DNA from: Protoeuglena noctilucae
Lineage: Eukaryota
Assembly: GCA_958009085.1 (NCBI GenBank)
Contig: OY253672.1
Span: 496,001-560,000, forward strand
Length of the DNA: 64,000 nt
Direction of reading: 5' to 3'
Of the stretch, positions 37,664 to 51,600 are shown piece by piece (the first letter of the stretch is position 1; each line of letters opens with the position of its first letter). The notes under the pieces are model-generated. The model was not told where the DNA came from. It saw only the letters and a list, made by a program, of their open reading frames with translations, and searched no databases. The translations under genes were made by a program, and so were the position numbers.

Positions 37664-38105
37664 TGGGGGTGGAGAGGTGGCGTGAGGGTGGGTTGGTGGG
37701 AGAGGGAAGGGTGGTGACTGTAGGGGAGAGTTGGCGTGAGGGTGGGCGGGCGGGTGGGAGAGGGAAGGTTGGCAAGCGCTTGCCGAATGCGCAGTGACGG
37801 TGACTAGTTGAGCCATGAGCCATGTGAATCAATGCCCCCATCTATGCACAGCCCACGCGCACGCGTGCATCCGCGCACCTTTGAACGCAGTCTTTTCCAC
37901 AACAAAGTGCCTTTCATTTCAAAGTAAGTCTCCCAGTCACCTCCTTCCACAACCACGAATATGACGACCAACACCGAACGAGTCACCAACCCACTCTCAC
38001 TGCACATAGAACCAAGATGTGACCCAAGCACCTAGAAACGCACATATGTCCCTGCCACACCATCCCATCCCATCCCACCCCACCCCACCCCATCCCACCC
38101 CACCG

Positions 38106-41100
38106 CTATCGCTGCGACCCGGCCGGCGGGTCTGGCGCCCCCACCCCCATCAAAATCGGCTCAGACGATATCTCCACAGGCGCAATCTCCTCCTCTTCCT
38201 CTCCCATCTCCTCATATTCATCCAAATCCACCTCCCCATCCCCCGCATCTCCCGCACCCCCCGCCCCTCCCTCTGCCACCCCCGCCCCCTCCCCACCACC
38301 CCCCGCACCCCGCCCACCCGCCCCGCCCTGCATTGGCGCGCCGCCCGCACCGCCCCTGCCCCTCCCAAGCCCCACGGGCCCCCCACCACGACCATAGCCA
38401 CCCCTCCCCATTTGCGCTCTGCCACTGCCCCTTGCCCCCATCATTTGCCCTTGCAAGGGTGGTTGCTGCGGCATGCCGGGCGCTACAGGGCGCGGCCCGG
38501 GCATTGCAACTCCGGGAGAGCCGGGGCCGACACCGGGCATAGCGTTCGGCTGCATGGGGCCATTACCACCCCTTGCTAATGCGCGTTGTTGTTGGGGCGG
38601 AGGTTGGGGTTGCATGGGCATGGACATGGGTGGCTGGGATGACATGGGGTTGGTTTGGGGCATGGGCAGCTAAGCTGGGTTGATTTGCAGCTGGGATGGG
38701 TTGAGGTTGGGGCGTAGCGACGGCGGTGCTTGGGAGGTGGGCGACAGGGGCAGTGAGGGGTTGCCTGGCATCACGGCGACGCCTGGCATGGAGCGGCGCG
38801 GTCCGTTGTTGGGTGGGGGAGGGCCCCAGGTTGGGACGGGCGGGGCTCTCTGTGGGGGTGGGGGTGTGATGGTGAGGGTGAGGGTGGGTGTGAGGGTGAT
38901 AAGAGGGGTGAGGGTGGGGGTAATGGTATGTATGGGGTGGTTGAGTGCACCTCTGCTTAGCCCCACCATTGCTACTGATCTCACTTACACTCCCACCATG
39001 AACCATCATCACACTCAACCCCTGCATTTGCATCTGCATCTGCACTTGCGCCTCCGCCGCCATCGCCGCCACCTCCGCCTCCCTCTCAATCAGCTGCTGC
39101 CTCAGAGATGCCATCTCTTTCGATGTTCTGGATGCCAGTTCCCGCATCTGCTCCTCCAATGCGGCGGCGCGCGTCTCGGCACGGGCGGTCTTGAGCTGCT
39201 GGGCCTGTGTGGGTGGGGGTGCGTGGTTGCTACATGAGGGAGTGTGAAGATGTGAGGGTGGCGTGGGTGGCGTGTGAGGGGTGTGTGGGGGGCATTGGAT
39301 GGGTGTGTGCACGTGAGGGGTGTGTGGGTGGCATGGGCTGTTTCGTGAGCTGCCAAGTACGCAGCTAGTCCGCAGCTGTCTCACTCATACACCTATCAAT
39401 AGCACCATCCCCCTCTTCTCCCACTCGCCTGCAGTTGCTCTTGCAGCTCCGCTTTGCCCTTCTGTGATATCTCCAACTCTTTCCACAGCTCCATCACCCT
39501 GCCCTGGAGCTTGGCATACACGTCTGCGGGAATAGAATGAGGGCGATACACACACAGCGTAGCAACATATCAGACACTGAGCAATGTGTCACCTCCACTG
39601 CCACCCTCACTGCCATTCTTGTCACCACCCTTATTACCACCCCCACTGCCACCCCCGCTGCCACCCTCACTGCCACCCCCACTGCCACTCCCACCCTCCC
39701 CCACACCCACCCTCACCCGCTCCACTCGACGTCATGTCCCTCCGCAGCTGCTCCACCGCAAGATCCCTCTCCCTCGCCGCCCCCACCGCCGCCTCTTTGG
39801 CCACTTTCGCTTCCCTTGCCAACCCCTCCACCACCCCCTCTAACTTGGCAATCACCGCCTCCTGGCTCTGTATGGTCAGCTCGAACGCCCCCACTCGCTG
39901 GATCTCCGATTCCCTGTCATCCAGTGCCTTTTTCATCTGAACCATCACCGCCTGCAATCGCTGGTATCGCTGCACGGCCACGTTCGCCGCCACCACGTTC
40001 CGGTGGTCCCTCGACACCTTGGCCTCCAGGTCTTTCACTTTCTGGCGCTCCAGGTACAGCGACTGACTCAGGGACAGCGAGCGTGCCAGCATCTCCTCCC
40101 GTGTGAGCGAGCCGAGCGACGCGTCGGTGACGGGCGGGGGGTGCACGCGCATGGCACGTTCCGCTTCCAGGGCTTTTTCCAGTTGCGCACGCTCGCTGCT
40201 GGCGTCCTGCATCTTCACCTCGACTTCGCCCAATCGCCAGTGGTTGCGCTCGGCACTCGCCTCGAAGCGCTCGCAGTGCGTGGCCAGCGTGTTCAGGATG
40301 CTCTGGAGGGGGTGGGGGATGTGGAGATGGGTACTTGTCATATATAATGATCATTATATGCATGTTAGTTGTTAAGCGTGTTGAGGACTCTTTGGGTATT
40401 GATCTGTGAATGTGGAGTTTGTATCGTGTATGCCTGATACCCACACACGCTCTCTCTCACCTGGTAGAAGAGCAGACTGGCCAGCAGCCTCTCGCACAGC
40501 TGCCGCAGCGCCCCCGCAGCGCTGTCGTCGTCCCCACGCATACCCACTCCAATTCCCACTCCTGCACCCGCACCCATACCCCCACCCATTCCCATTCCTG
40601 CACCCCCACCCGCACCCATCCCTCTCCCCCCCGCCCTCCCCGGTTGCGCAGGCCCCCTTCCCGGTCCCGGCCTAGGCGCCCCGCCTGATGGTGCGGTTGC
40701 GATAGATGCACTCGATGCGGGGTTATTGTTATTGGGACCATTACTATTGGGAACACCCTGTTGTGATTGCGACCCCTGGGCTGGCGGTGGGGCCATGCCG
40801 CGGCCGGGGAAGGGACCTGCGGCGAAGGATAGGTTGTAATTATATGTTATGTTATGTTATATGTTATGTTTTATATTATATTATAAAACGCAGTGTTAAA
40901 AGATGGGTGCCTAGCAGTGGGGATGGGGCCCATGCTGTCATAACGCAACCGCTTTCCCACGCATCAGCCGCTGTCACCGCCGCTCACCCCTCCCTCCCGC
41001 CCCGCCCCTCCCACCCTCCGCCCCACTGGGCCCCGCCTGCAAAGCCTGCCCCCCCTGTGTTGCATTGTCCGGTGGTCGGCGTTCCGGTGACGACTGACCT

Positions 41101-44100
41101 GGGGCACCGCCCCTCTGTGTTTGAGTGAGGCAGAGGGTGGGTGGTGAACGTGACACGATTGATGGAACATGATATGACAAGCAAGCAAATAGTAAAAATA
41201 CAAGGCAAGGACTGCTGTCGGTCGCTCGTCACCCCTTACCACCCACACCTCACAAACCACCCCACCCCACCCCTTCCCCACCCCTCACCTGCGACCCCCC
41301 CTCCCCCCTCAGCTCCTGCTGCGCCTGCTGCTGCAGCTGCCGCCTCCGCAATTCAAACACCGGATTGCCCTCGAAATCGAACTTTGTGCCCAATCGGATC
41401 AATTCGGTCGCAGGGTCCGTCACCATCACCCGCATTTGCACCGCGAAACGCTCGCCCTTGGTCTTGCCCAGCTGCTTCTCCACCACCTGCGGGGACGGAG
41501 GGATGAATGATGGTGATAATAGCAATAATAATAACTTATATTCATAATTATCATAATTATAACAAATATAATTATAAGTAAAAAATAATTAAAATATTTA
41601 GAATAATGAAAGAAAGACCAATGCGCATACTAATGACTCCCACCCGCCCAACATCCCCTCACCTTGAGCTCCCCCACGTCAACCCCTTTCCCCACGAAGT
41701 TCCCGATGGGCTCTTTCAGGGTATACAGCGTGAATGCGGTGCGGGTGTAGGAATCCACGTAGAGCACGTCGCACGCGATGCTGGAAACGTCCTGGAACTC
41801 CACCCCCAGCACGTTTGCCAGTAACGTGACTTCGGGGTCCTGTCGCCAGATGCTACTTAACGCTTTGCCGGTCCAGATGAAGGCGGGGACCATGTCGGAA
41901 AAGACCTGGGAGAGTGAATAGTATGATGTGTATGAGTTAGTAATAGTACTAACTTCCTTAAAACACAGTGACGGTGACTGTGACATGTTCATGCGTAGCT
42001 GGTAAGCCCTCGCCTGTGCAGAGTGCCGTACCATACACCATGCATCTCAGCTGCAATCAATCAGTTACCACCACCGTTATTCATGCTTAGTACTATTTTC
42101 TCACCTGTGCCGAGTCCCGCACCATGGCCCGCGTGCCCATCCCCAGGGCGCCCTTGACGCTGCCCGGCTGCGGGGGAGGGAACAAGGACATTAACATGAA
42201 TCTATGCGAATGGGATTCGTTTAGTACTCATTCGGTAATGTATATAACAATCCCCTATTACTCCCTACTAACATCGCCACTCACGCCGACCGCCTGTGCC
42301 TCGAAGAACTGCCAGCGATATTTTGAGGATAGCTCATCACATATTCCTCAATTACTATTCCCAATATCTAATATACCCATTACTCACGTCGACCGCCTGT
42401 GCCTCGAAGAACTGCGGGTCCCCCGGGGTGGCCTCATCGACGTCGAACCGCCATCGCAGGAACACCAGCCCACGCTTGCGCACGCGGCCTTCCAAAGCAG
42501 CGGGGGGGAGCTTGCTCAGGGCGCAGCGGAAGGAGTGACGGTCGGTGTCCCTGCAGGGGGTTGCCATAGCACTGATTAGTGTGATCTGTGCTGGCTCAGG
42601 GCGCAGCGGAAGGAGTGGCGGTCGGTGTCCCTGCAGTGGGAGGGGGAGGGGAGGGTGATGGCTATGGTTACATGTGGTATGGGTCATTGAGTGGCAGTCT
42701 GTAGCCCAGCCTTCATCCACACATGCACCACCCACTGCCCTCACCTGTACCCCAGCCACCTGGAGATGTACCGTGCAGGTGAGGGCGACAGCATGGCCAT
42801 GACCTCCATCTCTGGGGGGGATGTCAACTGCACGAGAAGTGGATGGGGTGCGAATGGGTGAGGTGCGGCACGTGGTTTGGTCAGGGTAAGGGTGGGTGTT
42901 GTTTTACAAGGCACCACCTGTCCCCCCACATCCGCAACCCACACGCACGCTCGTTCATCACAGCCCTCTAGTACGAACCACTCACATCCGTCTTCAGGTC
43001 GCTGAGCGTGATCTTCAAGTGGTAGTGGACCCCAGGGACCATGGAAGACAACGGTACCTCCACTTTAGATATCGGCGCTTGTGGGGTGTTGGCGTCGAAT
43101 AGACCCAGCATGACGCGCTCTTGGGGAACCATGCTGTCTGGGACTGTGAGGGATAGGACCTCGTCCCATATGGGGTCGTTGCCGGACACCTGGTCTGCGG
43201 GCAGCGGCAGTGGCAGTGGCAGTGGCAGTGGCAGTGGATGGGAGCACTCACGCACCAACAATCGATTGTAAATGGAGGGGGTTGCTATGCCAGTATGATC
43301 ACAGTGGTGTATGGATTGTCCACCATATGCGCTCGCTCACTCGTCACCACGGCCTTCTGCCCCTGCCCCACCGCCTGCACCGTCAGGGCACTGCGAGCGG
43401 GGTAACGAGACAGAGATATAAGGCATAAGCACGACCACAAGACGCGCTACGATCGATTGCCCCCACCCCCGCACCGCCCCTCCATGCTTCAGCCACAGTC
43501 CATAACAACCAACACCCAAACCCTCAATAAAACGCAAACGTCACCTGACGAACGTGGTGGGCTTGCCCCGCAGCCCCGTCTTGTCGGACGTGTTCAAATT
43601 CGGCAGACGGCTGACCCGCATGATCAACAGCGTGACGGTGGCCGTGGTGGAGGGCTGCACCAGTTTGTTGGCGTTGAATCCGAGGTTCTTGAGCAATCGA
43701 TCTTCCGCCTGTGCCAACACCTTGCTGTCCGCGCGTGACACCACGCGGACTTGCTCCGTGGCCGGAGGGGTCGGGCGCTCCGGGTGCAGCTGCGGAAGGA
43801 AGGCAAATGAAATGTCAGGAATGCTTTTATCGGCTCGATTCGGGCACTTGGTGAGGGTGTTGTCCTGTTGCAGCTGAGATTACACGTTGCCCGCCACCCT
43901 CGCAAGCGCACCCTTAGTAGCCCCAGCCCTTTCCCCAGCCTAAGCGCACCTTGGTGGGCGGCTCGTCCTGCGTCTGCGTCTCTGCGGGCCCCCGCCCCTC
44001 CGGCCGCGCCTCCGTCGCCAGCTCCCGCACATCCACGCCGCCTCCCTTGGCCACCGCCACCAGCTGCCTGTGCAGCACGGTCCGCGCCGCGCTGACCTCC

Positions 44101-45264
44101 AGCGCCAGCTCGAAATCGTTCTCCGGGCGAATCAAATACTCTGTGTGCTCTCCTCCGCGCGGGAACTGCTCCTGGTCGGGCAGCTCAAATCCACGCCGGT
44201 TGCGCACCGCGTGGCCAAGCACCCTGCGCGCGATTGGAAGCGGAAACGGAATTTACTATGCGTATTTATTACATTTGTACATTTCTTTTCTCGATCACGC
44301 GCCCCGCAGCGGTGCCCGGGTAGACCAGCACCTGTCGTATTCGTCCGTGTGTTCCATGGCCAAGCGCAGGACCAGGGAGTTGCCGTGGAGAATGGTCTCT
44401 GCCGTCTTGCCATCCAGCTGCGGGCGAGAACGGAGACGCCGGCGATGCAGGGGCTCGCGCTGTGAGGGGTCGCTTGGCTGCATGGGTTGCTTTTGGCTTT
44501 GCATCTCACCTCAGACTCGCAGCTGCACACTAGCACCGGCCTCTCCCTGCCGCCAGCCGACACGGGCCTTGCATGCTCATGGATGCTGGGCACTGCAAGG
44601 GGCGGGGTCAAGGGGGGATTGGTTCCACTTGCAGGCCCCACCAGTGCAGGGGCCGGGCTCCACAGGGAAAGGTCGACTGCGAGTCTTTGGAGTTCGAGCT
44701 CTTAAAACCAAACATCGACATGCCAATTTTATCCTGAAACCGTCCTAAGAGCACAGGCGCCCGCGTCGCACCTGTGTAGACATCGCAGCGCAGGTGCCCG
44801 AGCGAACCCTGGTATTGCGAAGCCAGCTGCTGGAGCGGAGCGATGGCCTTCAGGTAAAAGAGTCGAGTGAGGAAGTGCGGGAACCTCGAGGGGGCGCACA
44901 GCTGCGGGTGGTCGGACACGGGCCGGGTTCCAAGGGAGCGCCCACACGCGCTCGCCGACATGCGGAGCCCGGAACGGGGAATTAGGGCCAACCACGCGCT
45001 GTCAAAGCAAGTGCTACTGTCACAGAAGGCAACGGTCAAGCGCTCTGCATTTAAGGAGCGCCCTGGGCGTCGCTGACCAACGAAACCCTCCGCGCAGTGC
45101 AGCGTGGCCGCGCGCGCGCCGCACACCTCGGTCCTCGCAATGTTGTTGTGCGACAGCACCGTACCAGCCTCTTCCACGGGATGCTTCAGGCGGAAGACCA
45201 CGAAATAACGCCGGCTGTCCGCTGCCGACGCGGAGAGGATAGCGACGCGGAGCGACGCGTCCAT
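38106..45264 (-). CDS. C2-domain and coiled-coil protein, CCDC33-like; last exon contains an internal TAG at 38670-38672
   Basis: C2-like segments (LLIMRVSRLP..KPTTFV, NDPIWDEVLSL, PGVHYHLKI); coiled coil TIQSQEAVIAKLEGVV and RAAALEEQMRELASRTSKEMASLR; Pro/Gln/Gly tail. Confidence 0.65.
39590..39715. repeat. Intronic ~12-nt minisatellite (CCCCCACTGCCA / CCCTCACTGCCA family)
   Basis: Degenerate tandem units; related tracts at 5373-5475, 7520-7610, 16038-16200, 17200-17325, 29414-29455, 30950-31030. Confidence 0.8.
41512..41607. repeat. AT-rich (AAT)n-like intronic tract
   Basis: Nearly pure A/T run within GC-rich DNA; similar tracts at ~6985-7030 and 40835-40890. Confidence 0.8.
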
Positions 45265-45647
45265 GGTTCACGAGAGGGCTTCGCAGGGCACCGCAATCTT
45301 CCTATGTTGTGCTAGTACCAGAGACGACCACTTGCACGGTGGGCAAAGCAGCTGATGCCACCAGCGCGAGGCGCAGCTGCTTTGTTTCAATAGTTAAGAA
45401 ACCGTGCGCGCGCCGAGGGGCCGCGCAGGGCTCTCCTCGACTTGCACAGTGACGTACACGAGGCACTAGGCAGCGTGCTCATCGCTGGGAGGCATTGGGA
45501 CCGTTCCTGCCAGTGCATCTGGCGTTCAAACGTCACTGCAACAACTCTAGGCTCCACTGCTGCTATTTGTGTCCTAATACCTACCTGCTGACTACGCTCG
45601 TCCCCTCTGCTACTCCTCTCTCTGGCTCTCCTCTCCTACGCCTGCGC

Positions 45648-48600
45648 CTAGTCGGAACGTGCTACGACGCGGAACGTGAGGCAGCGTGCGCCGACCGCCG
45701 CCGCCAGCGCCGCCGCCGCAGCGCGCTCCACGTCCGCTTTCGCATCTTCTAAAGAACCCGGCGGCAGCTCGCAGATCGCCACGCATCGCCGGTTGCCCTC
45801 CGGCCTAATGGCCACCCTCCGCCGCCCGTCCTCCGCACCCCCCAATGCATCGACGCACAGCGGGTGCCCCACCGCTAGGCGCATCGGCGAATCGGAGCCC
45901 TCGTCCGCAATCGCAGCGGCGCCGTCGGAGCACCGCACGACCACGCGCCCCGCGGTCTCCCCGAAGCAGGATACGTGTGTCCCTCCCGTCAGGTAATACC
46001 ACGTGTGCAGCGGGACCAGATACGCGTCCCACAGCACCACCAGGCCGTCCTCACTCCCCGTCGCCAGCCGCGTCCCGCAGCGGCTCACCGCGACGCTCGT
46101 GAATAGCCGCCCCCTTGCCGGGGCGTTGCGACGCTGCTTGCCCGTCCAGTCCCACACGCACACCGCCTGCCCCGTGCAAGTGACGAGGAAGCTCCCGTCT
46201 GGCGCGAAAGCGGCGCCGATCACGGGTGCCGACGCCTGGTGCGTGCGGATTTGGAAGGACTCTGATGCGTTCCACACCCGCGCGGTGCCGTCCTGGCTGC
46301 CTGCTTGCAGGGAAGGGGACGGTGGGGGTGTGTTTGCAGAAGAGGAGACGGTGGGATTAATGCATGGTCAGGTCCGATAGCGGAACACATGCAGCAAAGC
46401 AATCATGTTAAGATAGGCCATTGATGTGGCAACTGACATCCCCCATGTTCATACCCTCTGATTAACAATTTTTAGTCATACACGCCTCGCATCTCACCCG
46501 TGACCACCTGCGCCCCGTCCGATGCAAACGCCACGCACAGCACCGGTCCCGAGTGCCCCACGAGGCACGCCTTTTGCGCCCCATCAGGCACGCTCCATAG
46601 CCGCACCGTGTGGTCGTTACTACCACTAGCGAGCGTGCCGCCATCAGGCGAGAATGCAAGGGCGTTAGCAGGCAGCCAGTGCCCCTCAAGCGTAGTGAGT
46701 AACTCCCCGGTCCACGGATCCCACAGCCGCACGAGGTTGTCTTGGGAAGCCACCGCGACCACCGCACCGTCCCCACGCACCGCTGCCGTTTTCACGACCC
46801 CGAACGCGGCTGGGGAGGGATCCTTGCTTGCAGAAGGGTTGCTAGGTGCTGAGTTATTGACAGAAGGGTTGCCTGGCATGGGCTCGTCTGGCGAGGGGTC
46901 GCTTGTCAGGGACTTGTCAGCCTCAGTCCGCCTGTCCGGCAGTGGCCACACGCGCACGGTGCCGTCCAGCGACCCACTGGCGATCGACTCGCCAGAATGG
47001 CTGAACGCAAGGTGCAACGCGAGCAGCTCGTGGCCCGTGAGCGTGCACAGGTGCGCGCCGGTGGCCAGGCTGTAGACGCGAACATCGCCCGACCGGCACC
47101 CGACCGCAAAGACCTCGCAGATCGGGCTGACGGCCAACGAATAGCCCTCGTCATCGGGTACCGTTATTGTGACCCTCTCTGCCCAGCTCTGATGGTCCCA
47201 CACCCGCACCGTGCCCTCGCCGTCTGCCGCCACGACTGCCCCGTCTGCCGCCATCACCGCGCACCGCACCTCCCTCGCATGACCACCCAGCGTGGCGATC
47301 TCCGTCACCTCACCCGCTCCCATAGTGCTACCTGCAAAGCCACTCTTATCTACAGGCACGGCCCAGACACGGGCGGTGGCATCAGCGGAGGCCATGAGGA
47401 GCCGAGAGCCGTCTTTTGAGAAGGCCAGCGATCGTATCACGTCCGTGTGGCCACGAAGGTGGCAGGCCGAAGTCAGATGTGACCTCTTAGTCTGTAATTG
47501 GCTTGGCTCTGTACTAGTCCTGCCCTGCTCAGTACCACTCCTGCCCTGCTCCGCACCACTCCCACCCAGTTCTGTCTTAGCTAGCACCCCGTCCTTCCCA
47601 GCAGTCACGCGCACCACCGTCACCGTCCCGTCGGCCCACCCGCACGCAAGCGTGTTATTCTCGCTAAACGCCACGACTCGCATGCGCTCTTCCGGAGACT
47701 CCGGGTGCGCGACGGACGCTAGCATCGTCCCCGTCTCTGCATCCCACACCGCCAGGTCATAAGTGACGGTAGAGGACGCGACAAGCGACCCATCTGTTGA
47801 TACTGCCACGCACGCACCCTCGCCCGCCCACTCGGCCCGCACCTGTCCCATAGTTGCGTCTATCACGTGCACGCGCTGATCGCGCGTGCAGAAGGCGACC
47901 GTGCGGCCGTCCCCGCTCATCGCCATGCAACTGCGGGCGCGGGCGGGTGGGTGCATGCAGAGGGATGTCATCAAACATGCAGCGTGTGCGTACGCCTGCA
48001 AACCTGACCCACCCTTGCGTCAGATTATATAGTTCCAAGCAGTAGTAGAGACTCGCGTCGACCATAGTTGTGTGTAAACACCGCAGTGCATCCCCAAGTG
48101 AACTGCCACACAATCCGCTCACCCGACCGCCCCCCGCCCCCTCCGCGCCACGGCCCTGACGTCGCCCGTGTCTGCCTCCGCCACCCGCACCGACCCATCC
48201 AGGCTACTGGTCGCCAGAATGGACCCGTCAGGTGAAAATGCCAGTCCCGTGACATCGCTCGTGTGACCGGACAGCACGAGGCCCCTCGGCAGGGTCTCCA
48301 TGCCACCCCTGCACTCGACGTGAGGGCGATACCCCAGCCGTACGCACCGCGCTGCCGCGTCGCCCAGCCAGGTGCCTTTGGGTGCGAAAGCGGCCACGTC
48401 GATGGTCAGGGAAGCGTCCGCGGTCAGGCAGGCGGAGAAGGCCCTGGGGGGAGGGTATGGGAGATGGGAGATGTATTGCAGGGAGGGGTATGGTGACATG
48501 AGACATGCACTGTGGGGATAGATGGTGACATGGGGCATCGAACTCTAAGGCTGGGGTGCGTTAACTGCGGCGGCCATCTCACGTCCACCACCACCCTTCC

Positions 48601-51600
48601 CACCTAAGCCACCCGACCGTCTGCCGGACCAGACCCAACAAAAGCCCCTCGCCGCCCTCGCCCTGCAGAGCTCTCTCGGTCCTCGTAGCCCCCCGCACCA
48701 GCCGCGCCACCTCGTTGGCCTCCACGCACGCCCGCACGAACCCCAGGCTGGTGCACATGCGCCCCGCGGAAGCAAAGTCTCCCGCAGCTAGTGCGTGGCT
48801 CACAGCGTGCGCTGCTGCATACCTACCCAGTTTTGACAAACACGGTTGCTCCTGCGCGTTTACTCGCACATTAGAGGCGTTGATATCCAAGTCGATTGCC
48901 TTTTTAACCCATGTGTCCGCATGCAGCTTGTGGCCCGTTGTGACGTCCGCGTGCCAGGGACCCGCCTGGCCTTCCGTCAGCCAATCCAGCACGGACCTGC
49001 GATGACTCAAGGCAATCTTGTGTTATAACTATCAATGATGCATGCATATGGTATGGTTACAAATACACCTTCGTAACAAACTGTGGCATTCATAGCAAGC
49101 TTGCATTCCTCGCAATCGCATCCACCGCAACTGCATCCATCATCGCACCAACACTGCCAGTGACATAACATCTCGCTCACTTGTGGAAGGGCCGCACTCG
49201 GCCGTCCGACCCCACCGGGAAGAGGCTGCCCATGGCATCGAGAACGTGCTGCACAAAGGAGCCCTTCCGTGCTGCGTCGCTGCCCACGATCTCCGCCAGT
49301 CCTGACACCAGCAGCGGTTCTGCTGCCACAGCTAACGCGGGCAGCAGCCGCGACCGGACCAGGCGCAGGTTCGCCCTGCCCAGGTGCCCGAACTGCCTGG
49401 GGTTGGGGTGGGGTGGGGTGGGGTAGTGAGCGGGTGAGTGGGGTTGCGGGTGATGGTGATTGCGAGGGGGGTGGCGTTGGCGTGGGTGGCAATGGCATGG
49501 CTGGGAAGGGAAGGGCGACGGTCGAGGTTGGGCCAGCCACAAGCCATTCATAAAGATAATACAAAGAGGGATAAATAACACACCACAGCAAAACGCGCAC
49601 GTCACCCCCTCCACTCACACCCCCCACCCCCACTAACCTGTCCATGTAAGCGGCGTAGAGCGCCCTGTGTCCCTCCGGCAGCTCCTCTACCCGCATATCT
49701 CCGACCTGCGCCCCCTTGGCCTGCCCCGCCTCGCGTTGCACCATCGCCACCAACGCCCCCACATACGCAAACACCCCCGCGCTCTTGGACGCGATCGCTG
49801 ACGTCAGGTCGTGTCTGTCAGAATCGCAGAGGCCCTCGGGGCGCAGGCTACCACGCACGAAGGCCCCCACGTCAGCCTGGTTGTTGGCACCCTCGGGGTC
49901 CAAAGCACAAACGCGTGTCGTGTGATCATGGGATGATGACGATAATTGCAATGAGCGGACGATGTAGTCCTCGGGACGGGAGGTGACCAGGAGCCTGCGT
50001 GGGATGTTGAGAGCGTCGCGTCCTTAGCCGTCATGTCTGCATTGCTGCGCTGGTGTACGCTATGCAATGCGTGGCGGTCGTTGCGTGGGAAGTATGTTGA
50101 GGGAACATCTACTGGTGCAGGGGACATGGGCTTGATCCACACCACGCCACACACCGCACCACATCCACACCACGCCACCCCCCGCACCTCTCATTCACAC
50201 CCCCTGCACGCCACCCCACCCCACCCCACCCCACCACACCTGACCCAGGATGGCAGCTCGGCCAGAGGCCCCTTGACGAGGTGCAGGAGGCCATTGGACG
50301 CCGCTCCCGTCCCCGCCTCATCCAATGCATCGATCAGGATGACCATGGGTGGGCCGTCCCAAGACACGCCCGACAGAGGACCCACGATCAGGCTGGGGAG
50401 AGGAGGGGGGAGGGGAGGTGGCGGAGAGTCACTCTGTATATTGTCGGAACACATAAGATTTTGACAACTGCATAGTGCATACCAAGCAATGGTGAGACTG
50501 ATGAAGCAGCCCAATCGACTCAACAATTTGTTGGGTTTCGTCATCGCTGTCACTAATGAGGGACGCTTCTCACACCGCCATTCGAACATCACAACCCCAT
50601 ACCTTCGTTTTATATCGCTCTCGTCTTATATCGCTCTCGTCACCTTTGGCACCACTGGGCAGCGGGCGCTTGCTTGTCCAGAGCCCCCCACGCGTCCCAC
50701 ACTGCTCGGGCGACCCCAGGCACCTCATTGGCCACCTGGCAAGCCAGGGACTTGACGATTTCCACAGGATCGCTGCGCCGGGCATCCACGAATCGGCGGA
50801 AGTGCCCAGCCAGGAGTCGGCCGGTGCGGCTGAGCTCGACCGCCACGTGCGCGGCAAAGGCGGTCTTGCCCATGCCTACAAGGGGGACACGGTGGGAGGG
50901 CAGTGGTCTACTCTATGTTGCATTCTATGTCGTTGCCTGCGCGGGGGGTCTTTTCTGTGTCGCAGATGAGTGAGGTGCAATGCCATGCAGCGCAAGCATG
51001 GTATGCGGCGGTGCGGGCATGGAGCGTACAACCACACAAAGAATGTGGCAGCAGTGATGCGACTGCAAAGCACCTGGCAGTGCGAGCAGGAGCAGCACGT
51101 TCTGGCTCGCCCCCTCTCCGCCCTCCGCCCATGCCAAAACCTCTCGTAGCAACCACGCGCGTGTGCCTGCCTGCGATGGGCGACGAGGCACGCATGTTGA
51201 TGAGGTCCTATGGTTGTGGATGCGAAGCCTTTGTCCTTCATATAAACACACATTCCACGTTTTACACGTAGCACCCCCACACACTCCCAATACCACCCTC
51301 ACACCAGGTAGCTCGCCGCTTGCCGATCGGCTCGCTTACCTTCCCTCACGCGTGCAAGTCACCCCGTCCCCGGTCTCACCAGGAAGCTCGCCTCCTTGGC
51401 CACCGCCTCGTCCAGAAACTCCAACGGCTGCAGCGCCTCCCGCAGCGCAGCCATCGTCTCATCCACCCCACCCGCACCCGCCGCACCCCCGCTGCCCATA
51501 CCCACTGCTGTCCCCCCCACCCCTGCCCCAGCACTGCCCACCCCTGGCCCCATGCCACCCACCCCAAACCCCATGCCACCCACTCCCACACCCACTCCCA

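Noticed and set aside
46472..48290. Highly conserved internal WD40 repeats like fungal HET-E
   Set aside because: The repeats are diverged from each other; only short linker duplications (~46830-46875, 47505-47560) are seen
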